From a virus, in the IMG/VR virus record IMGVR_UViG_3300030380_006483: 64,000 bases of DNA; one strand, given 5' to 3'. This document shows, one piece after another, positions 10,837-20,678 of the stretch. Positions within the stretch are counted from its first letter, which is position 1. Every line of letters starts with the position of its first letter. The notes beneath the pieces are model-generated. The model did not search any database. It saw only the letters and a program-made list of their open reading frames with translations, and had not been told where the DNA came from. The position numbers and the translations under genes were made by a program.

Positions 10837-12215
10837 TGACACTAAAAAGTTTATCTCAATATGGTCCCCATTTTCAAGTAAAAGTATTACATTCTTTACT
10901 TAAAAATAAGAAATTTACTCTTAATATTAGAGATGTTATTATGCCTTCTTATTTTGAAAATGAAGCACATAAATGGATTGTTAGAGAAGCATTACAATAT
11001 TTTGATAAATTTCATGCTAATCCAACTTTAGATTTTTTAAAAATTGAAGTTAAAAAGTTAGATAATGAAGTATTAAAAATTGCTATTGTAGAGCAATTAA
11101 AAGAAATATATAAATTAACCAATGATGATCAGGAATATGTTGAAGGTGAGTTTTCTAGTTTTTGTAAAAACCAATCATTAAAAGATGCATTACTTAAATC
11201 AGTAGATTTACTTGCTGGTGGAATGTTTGATGATATTAGATTTACAATTGATAATGCATTAAAAGCAGGACAAGACAAAGATATAGGACATGAGTATCTA
11301 AAAGATATGGAAGCCCGTTACAAAGAAGAAGATCGTCAAGTAATACCAACTCCTTGGGCTGTTATAAATGAAAGATTAATGGGTGGTTTAGGTGGAGGAG
11401 ATTTTGGTTTAATATTTGGTTCCCCAGGTGGTGGTAAATCTTGGAGTTTAGTTGCTTTAGGGGCACATGCTATAAAATTAGGATTAAATGTTATACATTA
11501 CACTCTAGAATTATCAGAAGGATATGTTGGAAAAAGATATGATGCACACTTTGTTAACCAACCAGTAAATACTATCCATTTACATAAAGAAAAAATAGAT
11601 GAATATGTTAAAGGTTTAAAAGGAACTTTAACAATTAAAGAATATTCACCAGGACAAGCGTCTATGTCTACAATAGAAGCACACATCTCAAAAGTCACAG
11701 ATTTAGGTTATGCTCCTGATTTAGTAATTATTGATTATGTAGATTTATTAAAAAGTACTAGTGGATCTAAAGATGAAAAAGAAAAATTAGATAACACTTA
11801 TATATCTACTAAAGCACTAGCCAGAACTTTAAATATTCCTATTTGGTCTGTATCACAAGTTAATAGAGCAGGTGCAAGAGATGAAACCATTGAAGGGGAT
11901 AAGGCGGCAGGATCATATAATAAAATGATGATTACTGATTTTTGTATGTCTTTATCAAGATTACCTCAAGATAAGGTTAATGGTACTGGTAGATTTTTTA
12001 TAATGAAAAATAGATATGGATTTGATGGTGTAACTTATCATGCTGACATAGATGCATCAACAGGCCACATAAAAATGGATGAAGAACCAAGAATTTTTAC
12101 TGAAAATGAGCCGGTTTCAACATCTAACAATTTTAACGAACCAACGAAGAATGATAAATTTGTATTAAATCAACTTTTTCAAGATTCTTCTTTAATTAAT
12201 GATAAGGATTCATAG
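10836..12215 (+). CDS. Replicative DNA helicase, DnaB/gp41-like
   Basis: Walker A GSPGGGKS, LELSE, VIIDYVDLL, SVSQVNR, MKNRYG; ATG 10836 in a TAATG overlap. Confidence 0.9.
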   Translation: MTLKSLSQYGPHFQVKVLHSLLKNKKFTLNIRDVIMPSYFENEAHKWIVREALQYFDKFHANPTLDFLKIEVKKLDNEVLKIAIVEQLKEIYKLTNDDQEYVEGEFSSFCKNQSLKDALLKSVDLLAGGMFDDIRFTIDNALKAGQDKDIGHEYLKDMEARYKEEDRQVIPTPWAVINERLMGGLGGGDFGLIFGSPGGGKSWSLVALGAHAIKLGLNVIHYTLELSEGYVGKRYDAHFVNQPVNTIHLHKEKIDEYVKGLKGTLTIKEYSPGQASMSTIEAHISKVTDLGYAPDLVIIDYVDLLKSTSGSKDEKEKLDNTYISTKALARTLNIPIWSVSQVNRAGARDETIEGDKAAGSYNKMMITDFCMSLSRLPQDKVNGTGRFFIMKNRYGFDGVTYHADIDASTGHIKMDEEPRIFTENEPVSTSNNFNEPTKNDKFVLNQLFQDSSLINDKDS

Positions 12216-12259
12216 TATATATTGTATTTATGACCCCAAAATTTTAAAAAATAATTTAT

Positions 12260-13240
12260 ATGAGAGACATAACCCAAGAAAGAATAGTATATAAGCCATT
12301 TGAATATCCAGAAGCACATGATTATTGGATGAAACAACAACAAGCACATTGGTTACACACTGAAGTACCTATGATGTCAGATGTTAATGATTGGAAACAA
12401 AATTTAAATGAAAATGAAAAAAATATAATTGGTACTATTTTAAAGGGGTTTGCCCAAACAGAAACAGTAGTAAATGATTATTGGACTAACTTAGTAACAT
12501 CTTGGTTTAGAAAACCGGAAATTATCAAAATGGGTGTTACATTTGGTGCATTTGAAACTATTCATGCTGAGGCATATTCGTTATTAAATGAAGAATTAGG
12601 ATTAGATGATTTTAGTGAATTTTTAGAGGATGAAACTACAATGGCTAAAATTGAAACATTAATGGAGGTTAGAGATTCTCATGATGGTACTCCCGATTGG
12701 AGTGCTAGAGCAAAATCATTAGCTGTTTTTTCTGCTTTTACAGAAGGGGTTAACTTATTTTCATCATTTGCTATTTTATTATCTTTTAAATTAAGAAATT
12801 TACTAAAAGGTGTAGGACAAATAGTAGAATGGAGTATTAGAGATGAATCATTACATTCAAACGCAGGATGTTGGTTATTTAGACAATTAATGGAAGAAAA
12901 ACCAGAATTAAATACTCCTGAATTAAGAGAATCTATTAAAGAAGCAGCTTTATTATCTTTAAAGCTAGAGTTAGATTTTATAGATAAAGTTTATGAAATG
13001 GGAGATTTGGAAGGTTGTTCTAAATATGATTTAGTTTCATTTATTAAACATAGAGTTAATACTAAAATGGGTGATTTAGGATTAGAGCCCGTAGTTAATG
13101 GTATAGATAAGGAAGCAGTACAAAGAATGAAATGGTTTGATTCTTTATCTGCTGGAAAACAACATACAGATTTCTTTGCAAATCGAGTTACAAATTATTC
13201 AAAAGGAGCCCAAAAGTGGGACGCAAACGACTTATTTTAA
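12260..13240 (+). CDS. nrdB: Ribonucleotide reductase class I beta subunit
   Basis: KPFEYP, AQTE, ETIHAEAY, EGVNLFSSF, RDESLH metal-ligand motifs. Confidence 0.92.
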   Translation: MRDITQERIVYKPFEYPEAHDYWMKQQQAHWLHTEVPMMSDVNDWKQNLNENEKNIIGTILKGFAQTETVVNDYWTNLVTSWFRKPEIIKMGVTFGAFETIHAEAYSLLNEELGLDDFSEFLEDETTMAKIETLMEVRDSHDGTPDWSARAKSLAVFSAFTEGVNLFSSFAILLSFKLRNLLKGVGQIVEWSIRDESLHSNAGCWLFRQLMEEKPELNTPELRESIKEAALLSLKLELDFIDKVYEMGDLEGCSKYDLVSFIKHRVNTKMGDLGLEPVVNGIDKEAVQRMKWFDSLSAGKQHTDFFANRVTNYSKGAQKWDANDLF

Positions 13241-13241
13241 A

Positions 13242-14954
13242 ATGGACGGAAATATTAGTGTAGATACTTCAAATTGGGAAGTAGGAAAAGATTACCCTAC
13301 TTGGATGGATGAAATTTCTTTGGCAACTGTGTCTAAAGGTTATTTAATCCCTGGAGAAACCCCAAAAACAGCATATAAAAGAGTTGCAAGAGCTGCGGCT
13401 ATGAGATTAAGAAAACCTGAATTAGAAAATAAGTTCTATAAACTAATGTGGAATGGATGGTTAGGTCTTGCCTCACCAGTATTTTCTAATATGGGAACAG
13501 ATAGAGGTTTACCAATTTCATGTTTTGGTGTTGATACACCTGATTCAATTAGAGGAATTGGGTTAACAAATGCAGAAGTTATGAAATTAACTTCACAAGG
13601 TGGGGGTGTAGGAATTTCCGTTTCTAGAATTAGATCTAGAGGAACATCTATCACAGGTAATGGCAAATCAGAAGGAGTAGTTCCTTGGTGTAAAATCTAT
13701 GATTCTACTATTATTGCTACTAATCAAGGCAATGTTAGAAGAGGTGCTGCATCAGTAAATTTAGATATTAACCATCCTGATATTGAAGAATACTTACAAA
13801 TTAGAAGACCAAAAGGTGATCCAAATAGACAATGTTTAAATCTTCACCAATGTGTTGTTGTAGATGATGTGTTTATGAGAAAATTAGAATCAAGGGATCA
13901 AGAGGCAATGGCGTTATGGGCAGAGATTTTAAAATCAAGAATGGAAACTGGTGAACCTTATATAATGTATAAGGATAATGTAAATAAAAATAACCCTATT
14001 GCTTATATGATGAATAATTTAGATGTAAGTATGACAAATATCTGTACTGAAATCACCTTATTTACTGATGAAGAACATTCATTTATTTGTTGTTTATCTT
14101 CTTTAAATTTAGCTAAATATGATGAATGGAAAGATACAGATACTGTAGAAGTTGCTACTTGGTTCTTAGATGGTGTAATGCAAGAATTTATAGATAAATC
14201 AAATGGTAAAGATTCATTAAAAAGAACTCATGCCCATGCTAAAAAAGGTAGAGCATTAGGATTAGGGGTAATGGGATGGCATACTTATTTACAACAAAAA
14301 GAATTACCATTTAATTCAATTGCTTCAACTGCTCATACACACAATATTTTTTCAGATATTAAAAATAAAGCTGAAAGAGCATCAAGAGACTTAGCACAAG
14401 AATATGGAGAACCACTTTGGTGTAAGGGTACTGGTATGAGAAATACGCATTTACTTGCGATAGCTCCTACTGTATCGAATAGTGTAATTACTGGTGGTAT
14501 TTCCGCTGGTATTGAGCCGTTACCTGCTAATATTTACACATTTAATGGCGCTAAAGGTACATTTATTCGTAAAAATAAAGTATTAGAAATTTTACTAGAA
14601 TCTAAAAAAGAAAATAAAAATAAATGGTGGGATCAAATGCTAGCTGATGGAGGATCTGTTCAAAATTTACCTGATACTGTTTTATCTCCTGATGAAAAAG
14701 AATTATTCTTAACATTTCCAGAAATTAATCAATTAGAATTAGTTAGACAGGCTGCTATTAGACAAAGATATTTAGATCAAACTCAATCATTAAATTTAAG
14801 TTTTGATCCTAATGATTCTCCTAAATGGATAAATCAATGTCATATTGAGGCTTGGAAATTAGGAATTAAAACCCTTTATTATCTAAGAACAGATTCAGTA
14901 ATTAAAGGTGATTTAGGATCACGTATGGCTGATTGTGTTTCTTGTGAAGGATAA
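13242..14954 (+). CDS. nrdA: Ribonucleotide reductase class I alpha subunit, no ATP cone
   Basis: PISCF, GGGVG, TNICTEI, LAIAPT, KTLYY, C-terminal CVSCEG; ATG at 13242. Confidence 0.92.
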   Translation: MDGNISVDTSNWEVGKDYPTWMDEISLATVSKGYLIPGETPKTAYKRVARAAAMRLRKPELENKFYKLMWNGWLGLASPVFSNMGTDRGLPISCFGVDTPDSIRGIGLTNAEVMKLTSQGGGVGISVSRIRSRGTSITGNGKSEGVVPWCKIYDSTIIATNQGNVRRGAASVNLDINHPDIEEYLQIRRPKGDPNRQCLNLHQCVVVDDVFMRKLESRDQEAMALWAEILKSRMETGEPYIMYKDNVNKNNPIAYMMNNLDVSMTNICTEITLFTDEEHSFICCLSSLNLAKYDEWKDTDTVEVATWFLDGVMQEFIDKSNGKDSLKRTHAHAKKGRALGLGVMGWHTYLQQKELPFNSIASTAHTHNIFSDIKNKAERASRDLAQEYGEPLWCKGTGMRNTHLLAIAPTVSNSVITGGISAGIEPLPANIYTFNGAKGTFIRKNKVLEILLESKKENKNKWWDQMLADGGSVQNLPDTVLSPDEKELFLTFPEINQLELVRQAAIRQRYLDQTQSLNLSFDPNDSPKWINQCHIEAWKLGIKTLYYLRTDSVIKGDLGSRMADCVSCEG

Positions 14955-14970
14955 ATTAATTATTTAAAAA

Positions 14971-15774
14971 ATGGATATTAGAAAAAAAGATGCTGAAATA
15001 AAAAATGAATTAAAAGATTTAGATAAGTCTATAACAAATTATTTACATACATCAAAAATTAAAAGAAAACAAAAATTTGAAAAAAAATGGTTTCGTTTAA
15101 TTAAAAAATATTTTTTACCTAATTTAAATAAAACTTTTATATTAGAACAAAGAAATCTAAAAATAATAATTAAAAATACCCAACAAAATATAATAGACAT
15201 TTCATTAGAAACTAAAAGAGAAATTAAAAATGAAAAAAGTTTTTTTACTAATATCTTAAGTACAAATTGTACTCATGGGAAAGAAAGTTTAGTATATAAA
15301 AGCTTTTCTTTATTAGGTAAAATTTCTGAATTGTTGTTAAAAAATGAAAATATATTTTTAAAAGAATTAAATATAATTTATAACCAAATTGAAGAAGAAT
15401 ATATAAATAAAGTCCAACCTAAGTATAAAAAACAAGTTAAAGTATGGATGGAAAAATATGAAAAATATATAGAATGGCATTATTCTCTTTTTTTAAAAGA
15501 ATTACAAGAAAATAATTTGTTAGAATTTGATGAACCTGAAGATTTTTCCCACAGGGGTTTTAATATTGATAAAAAATGTATAAATTCTATTAGTTTTTCT
15601 AATGTTAACCTTAAAAAAGATTATGGTGAAGTTAAATTACATACTATAGATAATAAGGTTTATCATTTAAAATATGATGATTTTAAACTCTCTATGTTAA
15701 ATGTTTTTATAACAGAAGGTAAAATACTTCGTTTTAAAAAATTTAAAGATCTTGATAAGTTTTGGTATAAATAA
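14971..15774 (+). CDS. Hypothetical Lys-rich protein
   Basis: 267 aa, extremely AT-rich ORF with no recognised motif. Confidence 0.55.
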   Translation: MDIRKKDAEIKNELKDLDKSITNYLHTSKIKRKQKFEKKWFRLIKKYFLPNLNKTFILEQRNLKIIIKNTQQNIIDISLETKREIKNEKSFFTNILSTNCTHGKESLVYKSFSLLGKISELLLKNENIFLKELNIIYNQIEEEYINKVQPKYKKQVKVWMEKYEKYIEWHYSLFLKELQENNLLEFDEPEDFSHRGFNIDKKCINSISFSNVNLKKDYGEVKLHTIDNKVYHLKYDDFKLSMLNVFITEGKILRFKKFKDLDKFWYK

Positions 15775-15775
15775 A

Positions 15776-15807
15776 TTTGATTACCTGAAAAATTTTTCGT
15801 ACATTTA
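15776..15807 (+). promoter_or_regulatory. Bacteroidota-type promoter
   Basis: TTTG-N20-TACATTTA followed by CGG; near copy at 16584. Confidence 0.7.
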
Positions 15808-15829
15808 CGGCCAATTTAAAATATAAAAT

Positions 15830-16234
15830 ATGGAAAAGGTTATAGTAGAATATGATAATGATGTTGTTTCAACTTACGATATCGTTACTTTTAGATCATA
15901 TAAAAAAGGTAAAAAAGAAGTATTATTTAATCACGTAGATGATTTAATTAATCACCCCTCTGTGAGATCTCATAAATTTGTAAATCCCACAAAAAAGAGA
16001 AGTGTAGGAGAAGGTACTACTTCAACTTACATACCAAAAAATAAAAAAGAAAATATTTCAATGCCTATAGAAATAGCTGATGAAATAGTCATGTTTGCTA
16101 AGGGTGATGGAGCTGGTTTTACTAAAGAAATAGTAGACAAATGGAATCAATATCTTGACTTTAATTTACATACTAAATTTGAAAGGTATGGTTTTACTGG
16201 TTCTTCAAGATTAAATACTATTTTTAAAATATAA
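15830..16234 (+). CDS. Hypothetical protein
   Basis: 134 aa ORF directly after a promoter. Confidence 0.65.
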   Translation: MEKVIVEYDNDVVSTYDIVTFRSYKKGKKEVLFNHVDDLINHPSVRSHKFVNPTKKRSVGEGTTSTYIPKNKKENISMPIEIADEIVMFAKGDGAGFTKEIVDKWNQYLDFNLHTKFERYGFTGSSRLNTIFKI

Positions 16235-16582
16235 ATGGATCCAAAATTAATATTTTTAGGTTTTTTATACTTTATAATTGGTCAAGTAATTATTTGGTTC
16301 CAATCACATTTACAATTTTTTAATAATTGGTCTAAAGATAATCCTTTTATAATATCAATAGCTGGTATATTAGTATCATATGTTTCAATTTTAGCTACAA
16401 AACACTTAGCAGATGCCTTTGATGGTTTGGTTTGGCCTTCAAGACTTATAGGATTTGGAATAGGAATAGTTATATTTTCAGGTTTAACTTGGTGGTTATT
16501 AGGTGAAAAACTAGATATGAAATCAGCTATATGTGTTGTACTAGCATTTTGTATACTTCTAATTCAACTTTACTGGAAATAA
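16235..16582 (+). CDS. Small four-helix membrane protein (DMT/EamA-like)
   Basis: Four hydrophobic segments; WLLGEKL resembles the SMR/EamA loop motif. Confidence 0.55.
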   Translation: MDPKLIFLGFLYFIIGQVIIWFQSHLQFFNNWSKDNPFIISIAGILVSYVSILATKHLADAFDGLVWPSRLIGFGIGIVIFSGLTWWLLGEKLDMKSAICVVLAFCILLIQLYWK

Positions 16583-16583
16583 A

Positions 16584-16615
16584 TTTGGCTACCTGAAATA
16601 GGGTTCGTATATTTA
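16584..16615 (+). promoter_or_regulatory. Bacteroidota-type promoter
   Basis: TTTG-N20-TATATTTA followed by CG; shares TACCTGAAA and TTCG with the 15776 promoter. Confidence 0.7.
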
Positions 16616-16643
16616 CGTGTTCAATTAAAAAGTTAAAGGTTAT

Positions 16644-16781
16644 ATGGATACATTAGTTTATATATTTGCAGGCATTGGAGTACTAGCTACTGTAATAGCC
16701 TTATATTATTTCATAAAAGATCAGTATGCGATCTGGGAGATGAATACTTACGAGAGATTAAAAAAGAAATTTGATTGGTAA
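16644..16781 (+). CDS. 45 aa single-TM protein (not in ORF track)
   Basis: MDTLVYIFAGIGVLATVIALYYFIKDQ...KFDW*; follows the promoter and overlaps the next ATG (TAATG). Confidence 0.6.
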   Translation: MDTLVYIFAGIGVLATVIALYYFIKDQYAIWEMNTYERLKKKFDW

Positions 16782-16963
16782 TGAGTACTCATCCTATTGT
16801 TCAGGAATTTATAGAATTTAAGAATAGACAACTATTAAAATTAGTTAATAGGGAGATTAAATTTAAAGATTTTATTCATCTTGTAGATGAAACTAAACAA
16901 GAAGCTATTAAAGAAAGTGGCTTATCTAAAAAAGAATTTTCAAAACAAGTAATAAATGGCTAA
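16781..16963 (+). CDS. Small hypothetical protein
   Basis: ATG 16781 coupled to the upstream stop. Confidence 0.55.
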   Translation: MSTHPIVQEFIEFKNRQLLKLVNREIKFKDFIHLVDETKQEAIKESGLSKKEFSKQVING

Positions 16964-17096
16964 ATCACCAAAATGGATATTATATAATGGCAAAAAGAAA
17001 AAATGTTTTGGCATTCACACTAATGATAATTATATTGTAAAAATGAACGGAACATTAGTTCAAATACCTAAAGAAAAAGTTGAAATATATGGCTAG
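16956..17096 (+). CDS. 46 aa hypothetical protein (not in ORF track)
   Basis: MAKSPKWILYNGKKKKCFGIHTNDNYIVKMNGTLVQIPKEKVEIYG*; fills the gap and overlaps both neighbours. Confidence 0.55.
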   Translation: MAKSPKWILYNGKKKKCFGIHTNDNYIVKMNGTLVQIPKEKVEIYG

Positions 17097-17319
17097 AGGA
17101 AGAACTTCAGAGTACGCTAAATTACCAATTAGTATTGTATTTGCTACTTCAAAAAGATCAAATGCAAAAATTAAAATTAAAACTATTAAAAATAGAAATA
17201 TTGATCAATTACTTGACTGTAATTTTAATATTCCTGGTATTCCTAAAATAGCAGTTATATTAGAGGTTGGAGTAGGTAAAGCTTTTCACGACATTTATAA
17301 GAAGAAATATGGTCTATAA
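17089..17319 (+). CDS. Small basic hypothetical protein
   Basis: MARGRTSEYAK start at 17089; coupled to neighbours. Confidence 0.55.
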   Translation: MARGRTSEYAKLPISIVFATSKRSNAKIKIKTIKNRNIDQLLDCNFNIPGIPKIAVILEVGVGKAFHDIYKKKYGL

Positions 17320-17839
17320 ACCTGCATTTACTAGAGAAGAATTAAAAGAAAAATTCTCACATTTACAAAAACTAAATTATAATCAATTTAGATGGTGGAG
17401 AATGTATGATGTAAAAAAGAAACCATTAGCGGCATATTGTTCATTACGTGATCGTATAGCAAATGGTGATTATGATTTTTCCCATTATTGGTATCAGGCA
17501 GCGTGGGTAGAACATGATATAAATGACTTAGCAATTGAATGTAAAGATGATGCTGGATTATTCTCAGAAAAGGTTCAAGTGCTGAGTGCGCGCCGTAAAC
17601 GTTTATATGAGGATTATGAAAAAGATGAAAAATGGAAGTTAGATGATTTAGTTAAAGAATTTTCTCGTAATTTTTATATAACAAAAGATGAAGCTATGTT
17701 GGAGATGGAAGAATTTGGTGGTACATTACTTGAGTTACATGATTATATTTCAACACATTCAAAATATAAATTAAAAGCAAATAAATCCCCCAGGGTAACA
17801 TTTAAAAAAAGAGGTAGACCTAAAAAAATAGTAGCATGA
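17309..17839 (+). CDS. Hypothetical protein
   Basis: 176 aa; basic tail KKRGRPKK. Confidence 0.65.
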   Translation: MVYKPAFTREELKEKFSHLQKLNYNQFRWWRMYDVKKKPLAAYCSLRDRIANGDYDFSHYWYQAAWVEHDINDLAIECKDDAGLFSEKVQVLSARRKRLYEDYEKDEKWKLDDLVKEFSRNFYITKDEAMLEMEEFGGTLLELHDYISTHSKYKLKANKSPRVTFKKRGRPKKIVA

Positions 17840-18000
17840 AAATAAATAAACACCCCGATCCAAAAAAACATTTAATAGCATCACTTATAAAATCAGTAGT
17901 TAGACTACTTGGATATTTTGCTCTTTGGTATGATATTAGTATAGCAGCTACTTTACTAATTTTATCTGAAATGATAGGTATAGGTGAAGAACTAGTTTAA
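17836..18000 (+). CDS. 54 aa membrane protein (not in ORF track)
   Basis: MKINKHPDPKKHLIASLIKSVVRLLGYFALWYDISIAATLLILSEMIGIGEELV*; ATGA overlap upstream and abuts the next ATG. Confidence 0.65.
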   Translation: MKINKHPDPKKHLIASLIKSVVRLLGYFALWYDISIAATLLILSEMIGIGEELV

Positions 18001-18564
18001 ATGAATAAGATCATACATCCTTTTCAATTTCCTATATATAGTAAAAAATTATCAAGTTCTAATTTTTTAAAAATAAAAAATGATGTAGATATATTTCTTC
18101 AAAATAATACTTTAACAACACCTATTAATTGGGATTGCAATACTTTAAGTAGTATAAATATCCCCCCAGATAAAAATATTAATAGCCCTACTTTAATAAA
18201 TGAAATTCATAAATCATCATTAGAGTATTATAAAACATGGGAATTTGAAAATAATTTTAATTTAACCCTTTATCATATGTGGGTTAATATAGCCTCCCCA
18301 GGAGATTATCAAGAAGTTCATCACCATATTCCTTCACTATTTAGTGGTGTTTTATATATAGATTGTTCTGAAAAAAGTGGAAATATTTCTTTTAGAAATC
18401 CTTTAAAATCTGAATTTGGTTTAATGGGAATTGAAAAAAATATTACAATTACCCCTGAAATGGGATTATTAATTTTATTTCCTTCTTGGTTAGAACATTC
18501 TGTATTTGAAAATAAATCAAATAAAAATAGAATATCAGTTAGTTTTAATATAAATAAAAAATGA
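18001..18564 (+). CDS. 2OG-Fe(II) oxygenase-like protein (TIGR02466-like)
   Basis: MWVN..PGDYQEVHHH..SGVLY..FPSWLEHSV..RISVSFN. Confidence 0.8.
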   Translation: MNKIIHPFQFPIYSKKLSSSNFLKIKNDVDIFLQNNTLTTPINWDCNTLSSINIPPDKNINSPTLINEIHKSSLEYYKTWEFENNFNLTLYHMWVNIASPGDYQEVHHHIPSLFSGVLYIDCSEKSGNISFRNPLKSEFGLMGIEKNITITPEMGLLILFPSWLEHSVFENKSNKNRISVSFNINKK

Positions 18565-18806
18565 AAAAAATACTTTATTTTACAGCAGCATGGTGTGGTC
18601 CATGCCAAGCATTAGGTCCTATAATGGATTCATTACAAGGACAAATCAACTTTGATAAAATCGATGTTGATTCAAACACTGAACTATCAGCTCAATATGG
18701 AGTTAGAGGAGTTCCTTCATTAATTCTTTTAGAAAATGAAAAAGAAATTAATAGATTAGTAGGTGTACAATCAAAAGAGAATATACTTAAATTTTATAAT
18801 GGGTAA
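18561..18806 (+). CDS. trxA: Thioredoxin
   Basis: WCGPC active site, VRGVP cis-Pro motif. Confidence 0.92.
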   Translation: MKKILYFTAAWCGPCQALGPIMDSLQGQINFDKIDVDSNTELSAQYGVRGVPSLILLENEKEINRLVGVQSKENILKFYNG

Positions 18807-19467
18807 TTTAGATAAAATTTTTAAAAGTATTTATGTTGAAAAAAAATGGGGTTATAAAGATAATGATGTTTTTTACTCTGGTATGGGGTCACATTATAAA
18901 GATCTAGTAAACCCATATATAAATTCTATTAAAAATTTTACTGAAAATTTTAAAGAAAAACTTAACGTAATTGATATAGGTTGTGGTGATTTTAATGTAG
19001 GTAAACAACTATTACCTTATTTTAATAATTATACTGCTGTAGACGTTGTAGATTCTTTAATTAAATATAATAAAAATAAATTTAAAAACTTAAATGTTAA
19101 TTTTCAAACCCTAAATATAACTAATCAAACTATTCCCTTTACTGATGTAATTATATTAAAACAAGTTTTGCAACATCTATCAAATCAAGATATTTTTAAT
19201 ATTCTAAAAAATATATATTTAAAAAGCAAATACATAATTCTTACAGAAAGTATACCTTATGATTCTTTTACTCCAAATTTAGACATTAAATCTGGAGTTA
19301 AAACAAGAGTTGCAGAAAATAATAGTGGAGTAGATATACTTTCTTTACCATTTAATTTCCCTATTCAAGAAAAATTTATTACATTAACATTAGAAGAAAT
19401 GATTGAATCAGGAGAGGATAAATTAAAATATTTAACACAAACAATAATATATAAGCAATATGAGTAA
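18799..19467 (+). CDS. Class I SAM-dependent methyltransferase
   Basis: SGMGS, VIDIGCGDFN, D..ILKQVLQHLSN motifs; likely ATG at 18799. Confidence 0.8.
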   Translation: MGNLDKIFKSIYVEKKWGYKDNDVFYSGMGSHYKDLVNPYINSIKNFTENFKEKLNVIDIGCGDFNVGKQLLPYFNNYTAVDVVDSLIKYNKNKFKNLNVNFQTLNITNQTIPFTDVIILKQVLQHLSNQDIFNILKNIYLKSKYIILTESIPYDSFTPNLDIKSGVKTRVAENNSGVDILSLPFNFPIQEKFITLTLEEMIESGEDKLKYLTQTIIYKQYE

Positions 19468-19924
19468 ATTTATATCAACAAAAATTTTTGATGGTTTTAG
19501 TTGTGTCTTTAGACAATGGAAAGCTGAAACTACACACTGTAGATACCTTCATGGTTATGGGGTATCATTTAAATTATGGTTCGAAGGTGAACTAGATGAA
19601 AGAAATTGGGTATGGGATTTCGGAGGAATGAAAAGAGCAAAAGGTCAAATAGATGGAATGTCTCCTAAAGCATGGATGGATAATATGTTTGATCATACCT
19701 TCTTAGTAGCAGAAGATGATCCCTTTAAGGAATCATTTATAAGAATGGATGAAGCAGGAGTAGCTCAAGTCAGAATAGTACCAGCTACTGGGGCAGAGAA
19801 GTTTGCCGAATTTATCTTTAATAAATTAAACCCATTTATCCAGGAAGAAACAGATGGTAGAGTAAAAGTAATAAAAGTAGAATTTAGAGAGCACGGAAAA
19901 AATAGTGCAATATATGAAGATTAG
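19460..19924 (+). CDS. queD: 6-carboxy-5,6,7,8-tetrahydropterin synthase (QueD-like variant)
   Basis: HCRYLHGY, DFGG, FDHT, EKFAE..V..EHGKNSA T-fold motifs; sits among que genes. Confidence 0.8.
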   Translation: MSKFISTKIFDGFSCVFRQWKAETTHCRYLHGYGVSFKLWFEGELDERNWVWDFGGMKRAKGQIDGMSPKAWMDNMFDHTFLVAEDDPFKESFIRMDEAGVAQVRIVPATGAEKFAEFIFNKLNPFIQEETDGRVKVIKVEFREHGKNSAIYED

Positions 19925-20678
19925 TCACGAGGTACCTAAGGTTTTATTAAATAATAGTCGAGAATGGAATGATTATGATTATTGTTTACCTCATCTTTTA
20001 GATGAAGATGAACAATATAAAAATTTTTTCTATGAATCTAAAAAACAAGGTCGTTATATTATTATGGATAATTCACTTCATGAATTAGGTAAAGCATATA
20101 ATCACGAAAGATTATTACACTGGATAACAGAATTACAACCAAATGAATTTATAGTACCTGATGTTTGGATGAAACAAGCCCAAACTTGTGCTCAGGCAAA
20201 ATATTGGTTACAATTTAAATATCCTAAAAATACTAAAATAGTAGCTGTAGTACAAGGTGAAGATAAAGTTAAAGCACATTTATGTGCTAGTTTAATTAGA
20301 GATTTAGGATATAATAAACTTTGTATATCTTATGGTGCGGGTTGGTATGGTGATAATCCTTTAAATAAAGCCCTAGGTAGAATAAATTTTGTTAAAGAGT
20401 TGTTAGAAGATAAAAGATATAAAGATACTAAATTTCATTTATTAGGTTGTGCTGTACCTCAAGAGTTTGGTTGGTATAGAAATGAATCTCAAATAGAATC
20501 AATTGATACCTCAAACCCAATAATGGCAGCTTTAGAAGGAATTTCGTACACAAAAAGTGGTTTAATAGAAAAACCAAAAGCAAATATGAATACTCATTTT
20601 GATATTGAACCTGAAAAAATTGATTATAATAAAATATTAAAAAACGTAAAAAGATTTAGAACAATAAATGGTTTATAA
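19914..20678 (+). CDS. Divergent TGT-fold protein, candidate DpdA-type 7-deazaguanine transglycosylase
   Basis: IMDNS (cf. TGT DSG), IVPD, VVQG, FHLLG and SIDTSNP occur in TGT order; lies between queD and queC. Confidence 0.6.
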   Translation: MKISHEVPKVLLNNSREWNDYDYCLPHLLDEDEQYKNFFYESKKQGRYIIMDNSLHELGKAYNHERLLHWITELQPNEFIVPDVWMKQAQTCAQAKYWLQFKYPKNTKIVAVVQGEDKVKAHLCASLIRDLGYNKLCISYGAGWYGDNPLNKALGRINFVKELLEDKRYKDTKFHLLGCAVPQEFGWYRNESQIESIDTSNPIMAALEGISYTKSGLIEKPKANMNTHFDIEPEKIDYNKILKNVKRFRTINGL

